From Spirochaetia bacterium (GTDB lineage Bacteria; Spirochaetota; Spirochaetia; SZUA-6; Bin103): a stretch of DNA of 64,000 nucleotides. Within the stretch, counting starts at the first letter, position 1, and each line of letters opens with the position of its first letter. Location: contig CBDBDQ010000005.1 of assembly GCA_965203905.1 (NCBI GenBank), positions 864,001 through 928,000 of the forward strand. Reading direction: 5' to 3'. The notes under the pieces were generated by a model that saw only the letters and a list, made by a program, of their open reading frames with translations, had not been told where the DNA came from and searched no databases. Made by a program: the position numbers and the translations under genes. Of this stretch, positions 21,216-32,898 are shown piece by piece.

Positions 21216-23264
21216 TTAATCGTGCAACGCCTTGCGAAGTGCATCGGGCGCATCAGCGTAGAATAGGACCTGGACCCTCGTCGCGACGTCATCCGATAAA
21301 TCGATCAGTGCCCGCCGAGTGGATACGGGCACAAGCACGGTATCGGCTCCTTTCTCCATGGCCAGTTCTATCACGTCGATCGGATTATGAATTGGTTCGA
21401 TAGATCCACCCAAAGTGATTCCTCCAGCGACAACAAGGCCACCTTTCAGCGGCTTGCTGAGTAGTGCAGAGCAAAGACCCACGAGAACGCCGACGCCAAG
21501 CTGCTCTCCTGTTCTCGCAGCGTCGAATGAACGAAGCTGCAGTACGAACTCATGCTCACGCGGATTGCGCTCGCCGACGAGTTCCTGCGATCTTGCATAC
21601 AGATTCTGTTGAGCAGTGCCCGCGCTCTCTCGAAAAGGACCTGGCGGAGACTGGTTCAGAATTCGGACGCCGCTACCTGCGCTCTCCGTCACCTCTATCC
21701 GGAACAACCCCGCGCGCGCGTCCTGGCCTCCGGGGCTTATCACCCAGACCTGGCCGACTGGCAGCGGATCGGATCCGATGCTGTGCTCGCTCTGTAATTC
21801 TGGCGTGGACACGAATTTCTCGACACCATCCAAACCCAACACGTAGCTGAAGTGCGTGTTACGGAACTCGGCCGATCCGATGCGCTTCTGTTGCTCCTTC
21901 ACACGACGACGAACCTCCAGGGCAAGACGTACCGCCCATTCCAAGTCGTCGTCCGGGATAGCGGCAGTGGGATCAGGATAGAGCAGCTTCAACAGACCGG
22001 ACACCGTTTTGTTGACAGCGTTCTGATCTCGCCCAGAGAGGGCGCCGCCACAATGCAGTCGCCCCTGAAGGACATTCACACGGCTCTGCGAACGAAGGCG
22101 AGAGAAGCATTCCGCGAGTACGTCGCTAACCAAGCCGAAGCGGTCGGTGAATAACTCCTTGTTGATCTTCGGCATGTCCCATCCGGGCAGATAGCAATGG
22201 ATTCGGTCCATCAGGGCCGTGTCATTCCGCATCTCCGGCGGCATTGGACCGAATAGGTGCCCTTGCCGCTGCTGATGCTGCACATCCACGTCGAAATTGC
22301 CGAGCATGACGATGCTGCCTTCGGCGCGGATGCTCTCCCGTCCGCGCGAAAACTCTCCCGACTCCATGTATCCTTTCATGATGTTGACGCCGTCCTTCTG
22401 ATCGAACGAAATCCCCGAGACCTCATCGAAACAAACGACATCGTACTGGCAGACAAGTCCACGCTGCCCGTTAGCCATGTTGACGAACATGCGTGCGACC
22501 GTGGCCTTGCCGCCGGAAACAAGGTGGGCGTAGGGTGAGACTTGTTGGAAGAGATGGCTCTTACCCGTACCGCGTGGGCCTAGCTCGACGAGGTTGTAGT
22601 TCCGCTCCACGAACGGCACCATGCGCAGCAAAGTTGCGTCCTGGGCACGGGCGCTGAGAGAGGCTGGTTCCAGCCCAATGCTACGCAGAAGGAAGTTTCT
22701 CCACTCGTGCGTGCTCAGGGTCGATCGGCCAGAGGCGACCTTACCCAGAATGTCACGAGTCGAAAGCTGAATCTCACGGAGGTTCAGAATCTCAAACGGT
22801 CTCCCACCCTTCTCCTGCGCGACACTCGGGTCGTAGCCGAGCTCGATCTCGGCATAGAAGCCGCCCGTTAACATTCGTTCATGATCACGGACGACTCTGT
22901 CCGAGATGCGAACGTCATTTAATCGGAGGCTTGGCAGAGTTGCCAGGTAGCTGTCAGTCCTGGCGTCGAGCCGGGCGGTAACGATGTCGATGATGCGCAC
23001 CGAGGCCCGCTCGCGTGCCCTGGACTTGAACAGTTCTTCTTCACCCCCACGTGCCGTCCTATCGGAGAGCTGCGACTGCACCATTTGAAGGCCTTCTTCG
23101 ATCTCTTCCGGCACCGTGCTGGCGCAGTAGCGCCCAAGCATGAACTCCACCACGTAAGTCGGAACGGGGAATTGACCACGGAAGCGGCGTACGAGGTCCT
23201 TGCGCACGATGTGCCCAGGGAAGGCCTCGGCCGCTTTGCGGTCCAGTTCGTCGAGTTCGATCAC
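21216..23264 (-). CDS. brxL: BREX Lon-related AAA+ protein BrxL
   Basis: VPTYVVEFMLGRYC, ELGPRGTGKS, FDEV, ALMDRIH; Lon-like C-terminal domain. Confidence 0.93.
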   Translation of the reverse strand: MIELDELDRKAAEAFPGHIVRKDLVRRFRGQFPVPTYVVEFMLGRYCASTVPEEIEEGLQMVQSQLSDRTARGGEEELFKSRARERASVRIIDIVTARLDARTDSYLATLPSLRLNDVRISDRVVRDHERMLTGGFYAEIELGYDPSVAQEKGGRPFEILNLREIQLSTRDILGKVASGRSTLSTHEWRNFLLRSIGLEPASLSARAQDATLLRMVPFVERNYNLVELGPRGTGKSHLFQQVSPYAHLVSGGKATVARMFVNMANGQRGLVCQYDVVCFDEVSGISFDQKDGVNIMKGYMESGEFSRGRESIRAEGSIVMLGNFDVDVQHQQRQGHLFGPMPPEMRNDTALMDRIHCYLPGWDMPKINKELFTDRFGLVSDVLAECFSRLRSQSRVNVLQGRLHCGGALSGRDQNAVNKTVSGLLKLLYPDPTAAIPDDDLEWAVRLALEVRRRVKEQQKRIGSAEFRNTHFSYVLGLDGVEKFVSTPELQSEHSIGSDPLPVGQVWVISPGGQDARAGLFRIEVTESAGSGVRILNQSPPGPFRESAGTAQQNLYARSQELVGERNPREHEFVLQLRSFDAARTGEQLGVGVLVGLCSALLSKPLKGGLVVAGGITLGGSIEPIHNPIDVIELAMEKGADTVLVPVSTRRALIDLSDDVATRVQVLFYADAPDALRKALHD

Positions 23265-23265
23265 G

Positions 23266-25545
23266 TCAGTCCTCCCCGATCGCCAGCGTACGGTAGGCGA
23301 GCACGCGACCTTCATCATCCAGAACGACGAGGCATGCGGTTTCGCGCTCATGTTCGTCGCTCACCAGGAACGAAGTGCGGCCCCGTTCGTCGAGGACCCG
23401 CAAACCCTTGATCAAGCTTGGTCCGCTAATCTCCGACCCGAGACGCAGATCGACACTGAGATCGGCTCCGCTCTCGACACCTACGCGAAGGCGTAGCCCC
23501 TCCCACTTGGTCTGCAAGATGGTGACGGTGCGCTTCGCTTCGTCACTTACAACCTCCAGGACGGGCAGGATGCACTCCTGCGGGCTGACACCGCCATGCG
23601 CGTACTCGACGTTCGAAAAAAACGACCGCGCTCCCGTCGCCGTCGCCACCGAGACCTCGCGGTTCCAGGTCCAAGGCACCTGGAGATAGGAGGTTTGTGC
23701 TTTCGCCTTGACCAGAGCACAACGCGTGCGTTTGCCATTCGGCTCCACCAGCCCGGCGTCGAGCGCGGCATGCGGCAGCCCACCCGGCATCAATAGCCAC
23801 CCATGGTCGGTGACGATGCGCAGTTTTCGACCGGGCCCTACCAGCTGAAGGACGCGATCGGCCACATCCTGGATGCCGGCCGAGAGACGTTCGGCTAGAC
23901 GTGCCCCTAATGCATGTCCCTCTTCGTCGAACCGCCCGGTCTCCGTCCAGAGCTTCGCGTCGGGTAGGAGGGTGCTATCCGTTTCCCACCCGTGCGCCGC
24001 CATGAGTTTGAAGAGCACGGGCTTCGTCGCCGGCTTTCGGTCTGGAGAGATCGGAAGAACGTCGGAAGTGGTTGGCGGCCCGACCAACATAGACGCGACG
24101 GGTGAGACCAAAGGCTTGCACGTTCCAGTCACCGTCGGAAACCCGGACCACACCCAACGAAGGGTCACTGTCATGCCCTCAGCTTCAAGGCTGCGGACCA
24201 GCTCCCGTGCGAGGTCCATCCTCAAACCGTCCACAAACAGGATCGAAGTGGTTTCTGGATCTGGATCGGGCGGAGTGGCGAGCTTAACCTTGTCAAGCCG
24301 AATGAGTTCTTGGAGCGAGGCTGCACCCGCTTCCATCCAGGGCAGATAGACCGCCCGCAGTGCCGCAGTAATGGCTTCACGGTCCAGCCCGCGCGGCGCT
24401 GCTGCAAGAGCGCACATTGCGGCCCAGTCAGCATCGGTGCCCTCCGCCACGTACGCCTCCGCCAGCGCGTTGTTCTCATGACTCGGAAGCGGCTTTGCTG
24501 ACGCAACCCTCGCGACAAAACTGACTGCCTTGGCCAGCGGTGCCTTGCCGCGCCGAGCCCAGACAGTTCCTCGCCGCCATGCATGTTCGTCGTCGAGTTC
24601 AGCGATTCGCTTCTTCGCGGCTTCCAGCGACAAATCGGCGAGCGAACACAGTGCTTCGCGCAGTTTCATCTCGTCCTGCGTGTTCAGCCTTGGATATGAG
24701 TCCCTATTGTCAGCGAGTTCGAACAGCGTTTCTGGCTGTTCAAGGTCGAGATAGCTGACGACGGTTTCGAAGCCCATCGAGGCAGCGAAGCGTGTCCACA
24801 CCTCATCCCACCTGCCTTCGCGCTTGGCTAGCCGTCGTACCGCATCCTGTGGGGACAGCTTACGTGGGTCGAACTTCAGCTGCTTATCCGCAACGCTTGC
24901 GAAGGCGGAGAACCGACTCGGATCACCCCTCTCAGTAAATGCACCATCGATCCAGTCGAGCATGTCGCCGGCGAAGTCGGGGGCGAGCAGCGCGTTAAGC
25001 CGGTCCTCGTCCCAACGCTTTCCGCGCAGGTCTTCCAAGGGACGGCTGCAGAATCGTATGGCGGCGTGTGAGAGAGCTGCGCGGGTCGCACTATCCTCGG
25101 CGATGCCAAGTTTCAGAGGGCCGCGGTCGGACGTGAGAAACCCCCGTAGCGTCCAGTCCCTGCCGTTGACGTGCCCAAAGAGGGCGCCCGCCACGGTGTA
25201 CCAGACCAGCGGCTGCAGAAGGGACGGACAGTCATCGGCACTCTTCAGAGTCTCTCGCCCGACACCGGGCAGATAGAGGATCGGCGTGAGGTCCTCGGAA
25301 ATGTCGATCTCTGAAACTGCCCTGGCCAATGCGGCGCGTAGCCAGACAGCGGGCCCGGTCCGTGTCGCCGCGTCGAAGTCGCCGTAGGTCAGCAGTTCCG
25401 GCAGTCGCTCGCGGAGCGCCGAGACAAGGGGTAGGAACTCCCGGTTCGCGTCACACCACAGCACCGCTTCAGGCGCCGCCTCGGCCGCTGCGTTGTAACT
25501 CGCGGCATCTCGCACCGCAGTAACAAGAGAGTCGAGTGGCGTCAC
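23266..25545 (-). CDS. pglZ: BREX phosphatase PglZ (type B-like)
   Basis: FVDGLRMDL, PTVT, VTDHGW, YAHGGVSPQE. Confidence 0.93.
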   Translation of the reverse strand: MTPLDSLVTAVRDAASYNAAAEAAPEAVLWCDANREFLPLVSALRERLPELLTYGDFDAATRTGPAVWLRAALARAVSEIDISEDLTPILYLPGVGRETLKSADDCPSLLQPLVWYTVAGALFGHVNGRDWTLRGFLTSDRGPLKLGIAEDSATRAALSHAAIRFCSRPLEDLRGKRWDEDRLNALLAPDFAGDMLDWIDGAFTERGDPSRFSAFASVADKQLKFDPRKLSPQDAVRRLAKREGRWDEVWTRFAASMGFETVVSYLDLEQPETLFELADNRDSYPRLNTQDEMKLREALCSLADLSLEAAKKRIAELDDEHAWRRGTVWARRGKAPLAKAVSFVARVASAKPLPSHENNALAEAYVAEGTDADWAAMCALAAAPRGLDREAITAALRAVYLPWMEAGAASLQELIRLDKVKLATPPDPDPETTSILFVDGLRMDLARELVRSLEAEGMTVTLRWVWSGFPTVTGTCKPLVSPVASMLVGPPTTSDVLPISPDRKPATKPVLFKLMAAHGWETDSTLLPDAKLWTETGRFDEEGHALGARLAERLSAGIQDVADRVLQLVGPGRKLRIVTDHGWLLMPGGLPHAALDAGLVEPNGKRTRCALVKAKAQTSYLQVPWTWNREVSVATATGARSFFSNVEYAHGGVSPQECILPVLEVVSDEAKRTVTILQTKWEGLRLRVGVESGADLSVDLRLGSEISGPSLIKGLRVLDERGRTSFLVSDEHERETACLVVLDDEGRVLAYRTLAIGED

Positions 25546-28500
25546 TTCTCCGCCTCAACCCGCTTTGAAACGGCCTCGCGCGCGGACCGCTTCTGGGCCA
25601 GTGTGGTGTGGTGGTCATTTCGACGCTCCCCGTTGAACCTGTCGTACCAGGGTGCCGAAACGCCATCCCTCCCACGATCCTTGTCCTTCAGGATCTTCGA
25701 AAGGTCATGGGTTAGCAAGCCCGCGTTGATGAAGGGCCGAATGTTCTGGCGCACGCCGTCGTCCAGGTCAGGGTCCCAGCCGAGCGGTTGCCTGGAGAGC
25801 GACTTCCAGCGGACGAAGATGTCGTAAGGCTCCTCACCCGCGAGGATCTTCTCCAGCTTCTGCTGCAGCTCACGGCCCTTCTCGTAGCGCAGCATGTTGT
25901 TCTCAGCCTTGGCACGGGCAAGCCAATCACCGAGCAGGGTATAGGTGAGCTTACGCAGGTTGGCCTGATCGAAACGGTGATAGTGGACGAAGACCGAGAA
26001 GCCGTCCTTCATCGCATCGGAGATGTGCCAAAGAAAAGGGCGCTGGCCAAACAGCACGCAGTGTTGGCGGAAGGCGCGGTCGCGCACCCACGCTTCGAGC
26101 GACCCGTCACGGGCGGTCTTCTTGTCCACCGCCTCATCAGCATCAGCGACCAGACGAAGCTCCAAGGCATCGGACCAATCCAAACCGAATGATGCGACGA
26201 GGTAGTCGCGCAGGCGGTCGGATAGAGCTCTCTCGCCAGCGACGGACGAGACGCTGACGAGGCCGTCATCATCGCCCCGTGGGAGCTCTGCAGCCTTTGC
26301 AATCCAGACGCGTGCCTCGTGCGACAGCTCCATCTCAGTGTCAGTGCATGTCTCGGCGGGCCACCGATAACCGCAAAGACGGGCTAAAGACACATGAAGG
26401 GCCGTCCCCGTAGCTGCTTCAGCGGGATGACCGTGGAATATCCAGTGGCAAGGATTCTTTGAAAATGGCTCGGGCAACGTGACTAATTTTGACTTCCGAG
26501 CAACCGATGTCCAATGTGCAAGATCGAATGGTGCCTTTCCCAAAGTCGCCGGTGTAACGCCCACCTTGTTGTCGATCTTTCTGATCTCATCATGATAACG
26601 ACGACTCTTCAAAAAGTGCCAAATCGAAGGAGCATTACTGGGATTTTTGGGTATCAGGATTGCGCCGTTCTGGTCGAACAAAGATGCCACACAAAGTGAT
26701 GCTGGAAGCCGTCCCATACGATGAACAACGAAACCTGGACTCCTCTTGAGGCTCCGCTGTATTGCTGAGCTCCCGCGATCTACAAATCCGCTGTGGTTTA
26801 CGATATCGCCAGAGCCTTGCTCCCAACGAATAATGTTCTCAATTCCATCAAAGAAACCGGACTCAGACGCCGTCCTCTGAAAAAACTCCCATTTACCGGT
26901 CTTCTGTGGAATTTCCCAGAACTTCGAAATGAAGCGATCATTGTCGCCCGTCTGGAGCCCACAATGCACGTTAACATATTGCGACAGAGGCTCTCCTTGA
27001 CCTTGTGTCCTTGTCAGTATTCGAAGATCTCGAGAGTCCAAAACGTCCCGCCGTTGAATGCGCTCGATTTGCGTTTGTCTCAGTGACTGTTCCTTGTTTT
27101 CGGGGCCCCTATCCTGTGTAGCAACAAGGCTTCGGTAGAAGTCATCTGTTGGGGTTGATCTCTCAGAAATGAACAACATGAAGCTGAAATCGTACATTGG
27201 CGTTGAAAAGGACCCAGGTCCCACCTCGACAACAAGAGAAACACGATTTTCCCGCAAGATTCTGTTCCTTAACTCTCTATAGGACCTCAGAAACGTCCAG
27301 TTTTGGGGGGACACGAAAGCACTAACGCCACCGGCGTTCTGCAAGCGGAGCATTCGCAAAACCATTGCGGTTGCGAGGTCTGCCCTTCCTTCCTTGAAGT
27401 GCTGATATACATAGTTCTGAAGAAACGGTGTCTGTTTTCTCCGTCCGAGAAACGGGACATTCGTGACTTGAAGTGTGTAGCTCGTGCTAAGTAACATTCG
27501 GGCGCTCTCGGCCATACCGCTTGCTGCCACTACGCCTTCCATTATCACCGGTTCTGCCTTTCGCGCCTTGTCTATCAATGGCGCGAGAAGACGTTCGATC
27601 TCTCTCAGTTTCTCTGCTTCGAACAAATCGCTACCGGAGGGTTCAAGCAGCGTTCCGAGCGCGGGGGCCTGGGCAAAGAGGTCGTGGATAGCCCCTAGCG
27701 CATATTCCAGTTCGGCGTCACCGTCGGCGAGTGTGACGAATTCCCGCCTCGAAAGGGGGGGTGGGGCGCCCACCCAAGCAATCTGAGGTAGTGGCAAGGT
27801 TTGCCATCCCCCAATGCGCCAAGCACTGAGCGCAACAGCGAACGCGGCGATCTGCACGCACCGGCCGTCGATCTCCAGACCATGAAGGTTGTCCCGCAAC
27901 ACGGCCGCAACAGCGTCGGATGAGGTTAGTAGGTTTTCCTCCTCCTTACGCAGTGCCGCCAGAATCGCCAGAGCCTCGGTCAGAAAGTGCCCGGATCCGC
28001 AGCAGGGGTCAAGCATGGTGATCGCCCTCACCTCCCTCGGCCAGCCGGGGAAGGTGCCCGCCGCTGGACGCCAAGGGCCATTCTCACGCTTCGAACAAAA
28101 CGTAGCATGTCGAACGTGTAGTTGGGCAGCGAGCAGGCCGCACGCAGCGCGTCTTCGTCCGCCGCCGTCTCTGCCAGCTTCGGATTGGCCACCAGCACCT
28201 TACCGGCCCACCAAGCGCCCAGCGTATTGTGCAGCAGGAAGCGCACCATGTAGGGCTCGGTGAACAACTGGGTGACGGCAGGCAGCTCTTCCGCCCCGAT
28301 CTTCACGCCTGACTTGTTGACCGCGTCCTTCTCCGCTGCACGCCAGAACTGATAGGTCCAGCCAAGACTGTCCTCAGCCTGGAACACCTCAGCGGCGAGC
28401 TTGGTGACCAGCTGGTGCAGCGTTTGCGCTTGCACTATGTCGAGCTCGACCGAAAGGACCGGATCGTCGATACGGAACACTGCGGGCAGCATGGCTGCGG

Positions 28501-28915
28501 CGTAACGCTCTGCGATGCTCCAAGGATCTATCAGTCCCTCGGCATCGGCAAGCTCGCGACAATCCTCCAGCGACACCGGCACGTCGTATTCCGGGTTTCG
28601 CAACAGACCCCGCTCTGCCAGGAATCGAGTGAAGAGCATGCGGTGCCAATGCGCATATGCCGTAGCCTCGACCAGCCGCTTCGTTTGCTGCGTTTCGTCA
28701 CGTTTGTCGAATGCGTCACCCAGGGCCCGCGCATGGGCGCGGAGTTGGCGACGAAGCTCCTTCTCGTCCTCGTTCAGATACGGCGGCACTTTGCTGTCCG
28801 CGACTCCGAGGCGGCGGATGGCGTCCTGCGCGCCTTCCTCGGCAACAAGCCGGGCGTTCTTAACCGCGCTCTCGACCTCTCGGCGTAGGGTGGTGGGCAG
28901 GTAGCGGTTGAGCAT
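25542..28915 (-). CDS. pglX: BREX adenine methyltransferase PglX, split by a frameshift near 28090 (ORFs 28028-28915 and 25542-28031)
   Basis: TQLFTEPYMV in the first ORF; DPCCGSGHF, TNVPF, RPFLWHI, DDGVRQNIRPF in the second. Confidence 0.9.
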
Positions 28916-28918
28916 GCA

Positions 28919-31900
28919 TCAAACCCTTGGGACTACAGGGCCCTGGTCCAGGGCCTTCATGACCCGCTCTCGAACCCTGCTGAGCCAATCATCGAGTTCT
29001 GCTTCCGATTTCAGCATCGCTCCGGGGAGGGATACGGCATGCGCCTTCGGCTCCAGTAGCGCAGCGGCGCAAGCGAGCGCATCCTCGACCCGCGCCTGCA
29101 AGGCTTTGGACATATTCTCCCATTCCGACAGCCCACGTTGCGAGAGCCCCTCCGCGATCGTCTGCGGGATGTCCACCTTCGGCTTCGGCACCACAAGGAG
29201 CCCACACTCCTGGCGAATCGCGTCGGTCTGGTCTGAGGAAAGTCTGCCCCAGGTCGGATCCTTGGCGAGCCGAAGCTCGCCCTTAATCCATGCCGCCTCC
29301 CAATCCGCGTGGGCAGCGTTGAGTCTCGCCCGAAGAGTCTCTGTGGCAGCCGATATCAGCGGCAGAATCGGATCCGGATCAGCAAGCAGCCGCCGTCCGC
29401 TGCGCAGATCGTCAAGGTCGCCCTCCCGATCTACCGCACCCAGGTCGACAAGACGTTCTGCCAATCGCCAATTGGGTAGCCGGTCAACGATCTTCCGCGC
29501 GGCCGCCGTCCATACCTTTAGCTTCGCCCGCAGAGTTGTCGCGTCCGTTGCCAGTACCTCAAGCAGATCGTTTCCGGATAATGATCTATAGGTATCTATG
29601 TTCATCACCTTTTCCGGCTCCGGCGCAGGAGGCTCGCCACCGGATACTCTCGCCACTTCCTCAAGGCGCTCGAGCAACGCCGTCAGTACCAGATGTTCCT
29701 GGTTTTTCTCGAAGACGATGCCTACATCGGTGAGCAATCCCCGCACCAGCATGCGCTGCTCAATCGTGATGATCGTTGTCTCACTGCGGAATGTGCATGT
29801 GCCAAGCTTCTGCCGCGGTAGATCAGGAAGCGAGGCGGGCCTTCCGTCTTCACCGATCACGCGCACCAGTCCGGCATTAGCGAGGACGATGAGTGCTCCA
29901 TCGACGGCGTCCTGGGACCAGCCATAGGGCGGGGCAGTGAACCTCGACCGAAGGTCAGAGCCTTTCCGACCGGATCCCAAATCGGTCAGCACAGCCTTGC
30001 AAACCAGATGGCTCTCGGGCGCACCGGCGTGGTCTACCGCCCTAATGGCGTCCGGGTCCTTGCGTATCGCCCGCTCACGTACCTTGTCCCAACCCGCATG
30101 GTCGCCGTCCGCAAACTTTGGGTAGAGACGGGCAAGTGCGTTGGTAGCCGCTTCCTTAACTGCTTCGCATGGAGTACCCGCAATCAGCTTCCCGCCCGCT
30201 TGATAGACTCGGGATTGTGCTACGGCTTCGTGAACAATCTCCTTGGCCGCCGCCAGAGCCTTATTCGCGCGCGACAGCATCGCGGAATGAGCCTCACGCC
30301 CCGCATCGGTTTGGGGTGCCCCACGAATCTGCAGAACGCGATCAGCAGCGCTCCACGTCGTGAGCGCGGTCGTCAGTTCATTATCGCGCGTCGGATGGCG
30401 CGAAGTAAGCATATGAACAGAAGGATCGGATGCCGGTGCTGCTACGATTTCCTTTTCTACTGCCGTCAGATCTTCGTTCCACCCGCTTCGGAGTCTCAAA
30501 GGAATGCCATCCGACGGCGTCCTTTCATCTGGTCCAAGGCGATGAATGCGCCTTTGCTGCCGACTGGCGCCCTGCGTCACGCTGGCTGAGCCTGCCAAGG
30601 AGGTCTCGATCTCGTCGCCGAGGATCGCACGGCGCGTGCGCACGATCCCCGACTGATCCGCCAGGACAGCTCTTTCCTCATTGCGATAGGCGGCTTCCCA
30701 TTCCGCACTCTCTTTCGTCTGCAAGCGCCACTCGCCGCCTACCTCGATCACGGCACTATCGGTCTGAAGTTCCAACAGCAGCCTAGGCACCTTTTGGCGG
30801 AGATCGTCCTCTCCCGCAAGATCGACGACCATTAGATCAGCAATGGTCTCCGTTCGTGTACGAACGCCGTGTTGATCTGCATCGGGTGCGATACGGCCGA
30901 GCATGTAAACCAACATCAGGATGCGAGCCTTCAGTTGATCCATTATGGATCCACCGCGCAATGTTTCGATGCGGTTTCGTGTTTCACCTGGTAGAAGCCC
31001 GGCGTTATACGCCTCTGTTGAGAACCTTCCGTAGAGGAAGTCGACTGGAACAGCATGCCCGAGGGGCTTGTCACCATAGCTGCGCGCCGCATCGAGAGTG
31101 GTTCGTAACTGACCTCTCAGCGTACCGCCAAGCCCAGTACGATCCAGCTCGCGGAGAATTCGTTCCCAGATGCGGCGACGAGACGGAAGCAGCGGCCAAT
31201 CGAGGACTGCTTCATCATCGTCTTGCACCGTGTGGGCCACCGCGCTGCCTCGCACGTGTCTACTGATCTCGCCCGCATTCGTATTGAGCATGCTTCGGAT
31301 CGGCTTCTCGTGGCTCGTTTTCTTGCGAAGGACCGTCTTGCGAATGACCGCGTCGACATCAGCTTCTCCAAGCGCGACCTGAACGGGAAAACGATCAAGA
31401 AGCTTTTGAAGATCTGGAACATCACTCAGGGCTTGCTGACCAGTTGATACAAGAAGAACGCGGCCGTCAAAGCGACTCGATAGCCGCTCTGCGATAGTCT
31501 GAATTCTTAGTGTCAAGCTGGGATCCTGGCGAATGAACTGCTGTACTTCATCGAGGACCACGAGGGTCAACGGCAGTTCGGCACCTCCCAGCATCAGCGC
31601 TCGACAAACCATCGATTCGAGGAGATCGACAGTTACTGCAGGCGGCTCAGAGAATTGCGAGCGGAGCAGGGCGCTCAATTCCTTCGGCGTGCCAGCCAGA
31701 TCCGGTTTGGCTGCCAGAACCGCGGCACCGAAGCGGAGAGACAGAATGAAATTGCGAATATCGTTCTCGAAAGTGCTGCCGAGCGATGTACGAACGCTGT
31801 CAAGGACACCGAGATCAGCCAGCCAGAACGCTACCTGCGCCGCCCGAAGGTCACTGGGCAAGCCAACGGCTCGCAGCACAATGCCGAGCGTAGCCTCAAC

Positions 31901-32341
31901 CGGATCCGCCGGACCTGTGCCAAGCGAGTCGCCAGCCGCAATGACACCGCCCGTTCGCTGAGCCGCACCGCGAAGCTCCTTAAGGGGTGCTGCCACCTCG
32001 GGAGGCAACTGATGGACAAGCCCTTCTGCAGTTGCCCCATCTGGAAACTCCATATTCGTCCACAAGGCCGCGATCATGCTTGCAAGGTGCGACTTGCCCG
32101 AGCCGTAGAAGCCAGAAATCCACACGGCGGGGGCGGTGCTACCCCGGCCGACAGACCCTAGGAAAGCCTCGAGGATACGTGCCAGACCACTAGCGTACTC
32201 GCCATCACAGACGAAAGTGGTGAGCTCTCCGCGAAGCGTCTCTAACGCTTCCCGGGTCGGTGGAAATGAAATCTTGGCAACGCCCTGATTGGCCAACCTG
32301 TATTCGGCCGGATCAGTATAGAAGGTCTCACGATTAAGCAT
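28919..32341 (-). CDS. brxC: BREX P-loop ATPase BrxC
   Basis: WISGFYGSGKSH Walker A, VLDEVQQF Walker B, PPYGWSQDA. Confidence 0.93.
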   Translation of the reverse strand: MLNRETFYTDPAEYRLANQGVAKISFPPTREALETLRGELTTFVCDGEYASGLARILEAFLGSVGRGSTAPAVWISGFYGSGKSHLASMIAALWTNMEFPDGATAEGLVHQLPPEVAAPLKELRGAAQRTGGVIAAGDSLGTGPADPVEATLGIVLRAVGLPSDLRAAQVAFWLADLGVLDSVRTSLGSTFENDIRNFILSLRFGAAVLAAKPDLAGTPKELSALLRSQFSEPPAVTVDLLESMVCRALMLGGAELPLTLVVLDEVQQFIRQDPSLTLRIQTIAERLSSRFDGRVLLVSTGQQALSDVPDLQKLLDRFPVQVALGEADVDAVIRKTVLRKKTSHEKPIRSMLNTNAGEISRHVRGSAVAHTVQDDDEAVLDWPLLPSRRRIWERILRELDRTGLGGTLRGQLRTTLDAARSYGDKPLGHAVPVDFLYGRFSTEAYNAGLLPGETRNRIETLRGGSIMDQLKARILMLVYMLGRIAPDADQHGVRTRTETIADLMVVDLAGEDDLRQKVPRLLLELQTDSAVIEVGGEWRLQTKESAEWEAAYRNEERAVLADQSGIVRTRRAILGDEIETSLAGSASVTQGASRQQRRIHRLGPDERTPSDGIPLRLRSGWNEDLTAVEKEIVAAPASDPSVHMLTSRHPTRDNELTTALTTWSAADRVLQIRGAPQTDAGREAHSAMLSRANKALAAAKEIVHEAVAQSRVYQAGGKLIAGTPCEAVKEAATNALARLYPKFADGDHAGWDKVRERAIRKDPDAIRAVDHAGAPESHLVCKAVLTDLGSGRKGSDLRSRFTAPPYGWSQDAVDGALIVLANAGLVRVIGEDGRPASLPDLPRQKLGTCTFRSETTIITIEQRMLVRGLLTDVGIVFEKNQEHLVLTALLERLEEVARVSGGEPPAPEPEKVMNIDTYRSLSGNDLLEVLATDATTLRAKLKVWTAAARKIVDRLPNWRLAERLVDLGAVDREGDLDDLRSGRRLLADPDPILPLISAATETLRARLNAAHADWEAAWIKGELRLAKDPTWGRLSSDQTDAIRQECGLLVVPKPKVDIPQTIAEGLSQRGLSEWENMSKALQARVEDALACAAALLEPKAHAVSLPGAMLKSEAELDDWLSRVRERVMKALDQGPVVPRV

Positions 32342-32352
32342 GTTGTCGTCCC

Positions 32353-32898
32353 TCAAAATGCACTATTGGCCGGAATAGGAATGGCGTGATAGTTCCATCC
32401 GTCTCGTGCATCGAGAAGACGGTAGACGCCAGCAGAATACTTGCCTGGGAACGCAACGAGCAGTCGTCCGGGAATGAAATCCGACACGCGACTGACCAAA
32501 GTTGACACTCGCACGATTCCGAACAGCGACGCGCAGCCATCAATAGCAAGGACATCATTGGTCCTACAAGATTCTAGTGTATCCCTTAAGTCTTCTATTA
32601 ATCCGACTTCTATTTCGGGAAGGAGACCTCTAAGCTCCGCTGGTTGCTCGACCAATGCGTCAAAGAATTCATGCCTTCCGATCCAGTCCCCGAACCACTT
32701 CGACAGAGAAAGCTGCTTCCAGCCATGCCCGGCCTTGAGCGTCGCGTGCTCGAACTCCGCAAGACGGCCGGTGAAACGTCTTTGGAGCCACTTCTCGTAC
32801 CAGACAATCCAGACGCGACCTACTGGCGGCGTGTCTGCCGCCCAGGGTAGCTCGACCTGCTTGCTATATGCGGCGAGGACCTCTTCAAATGTGTTCAA
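32353..32898 (-). CDS. brxB: BREX BrxB (DUF1788-like); start codon uncertain
   Basis: GRLLVAFPG..YRLLDARDGWNY; position upstream of brxC. Confidence 0.85.
   Translation of the reverse strand: MNTFEEVLAAYSKQVELPWAADTPPVGRVWIVWYEKWLQRRFTGRLAEFEHATLKAGHGWKQLSLSKWFGDWIGRHEFFDALVEQPAELRGLLPEIEVGLIEDLRDTLESCRTNDVLAIDGCASLFGIVRVSTLVSRVSDFIPGRLLVAFPGKYSAGVYRLLDARDGWNYHAIPIPANSAF

Noticed and set aside
28080-28105. Programmed frameshift or phase-variable tract in pglX
   Set aside because: No slippery heptamer or long homopolymer; only T4 is present.
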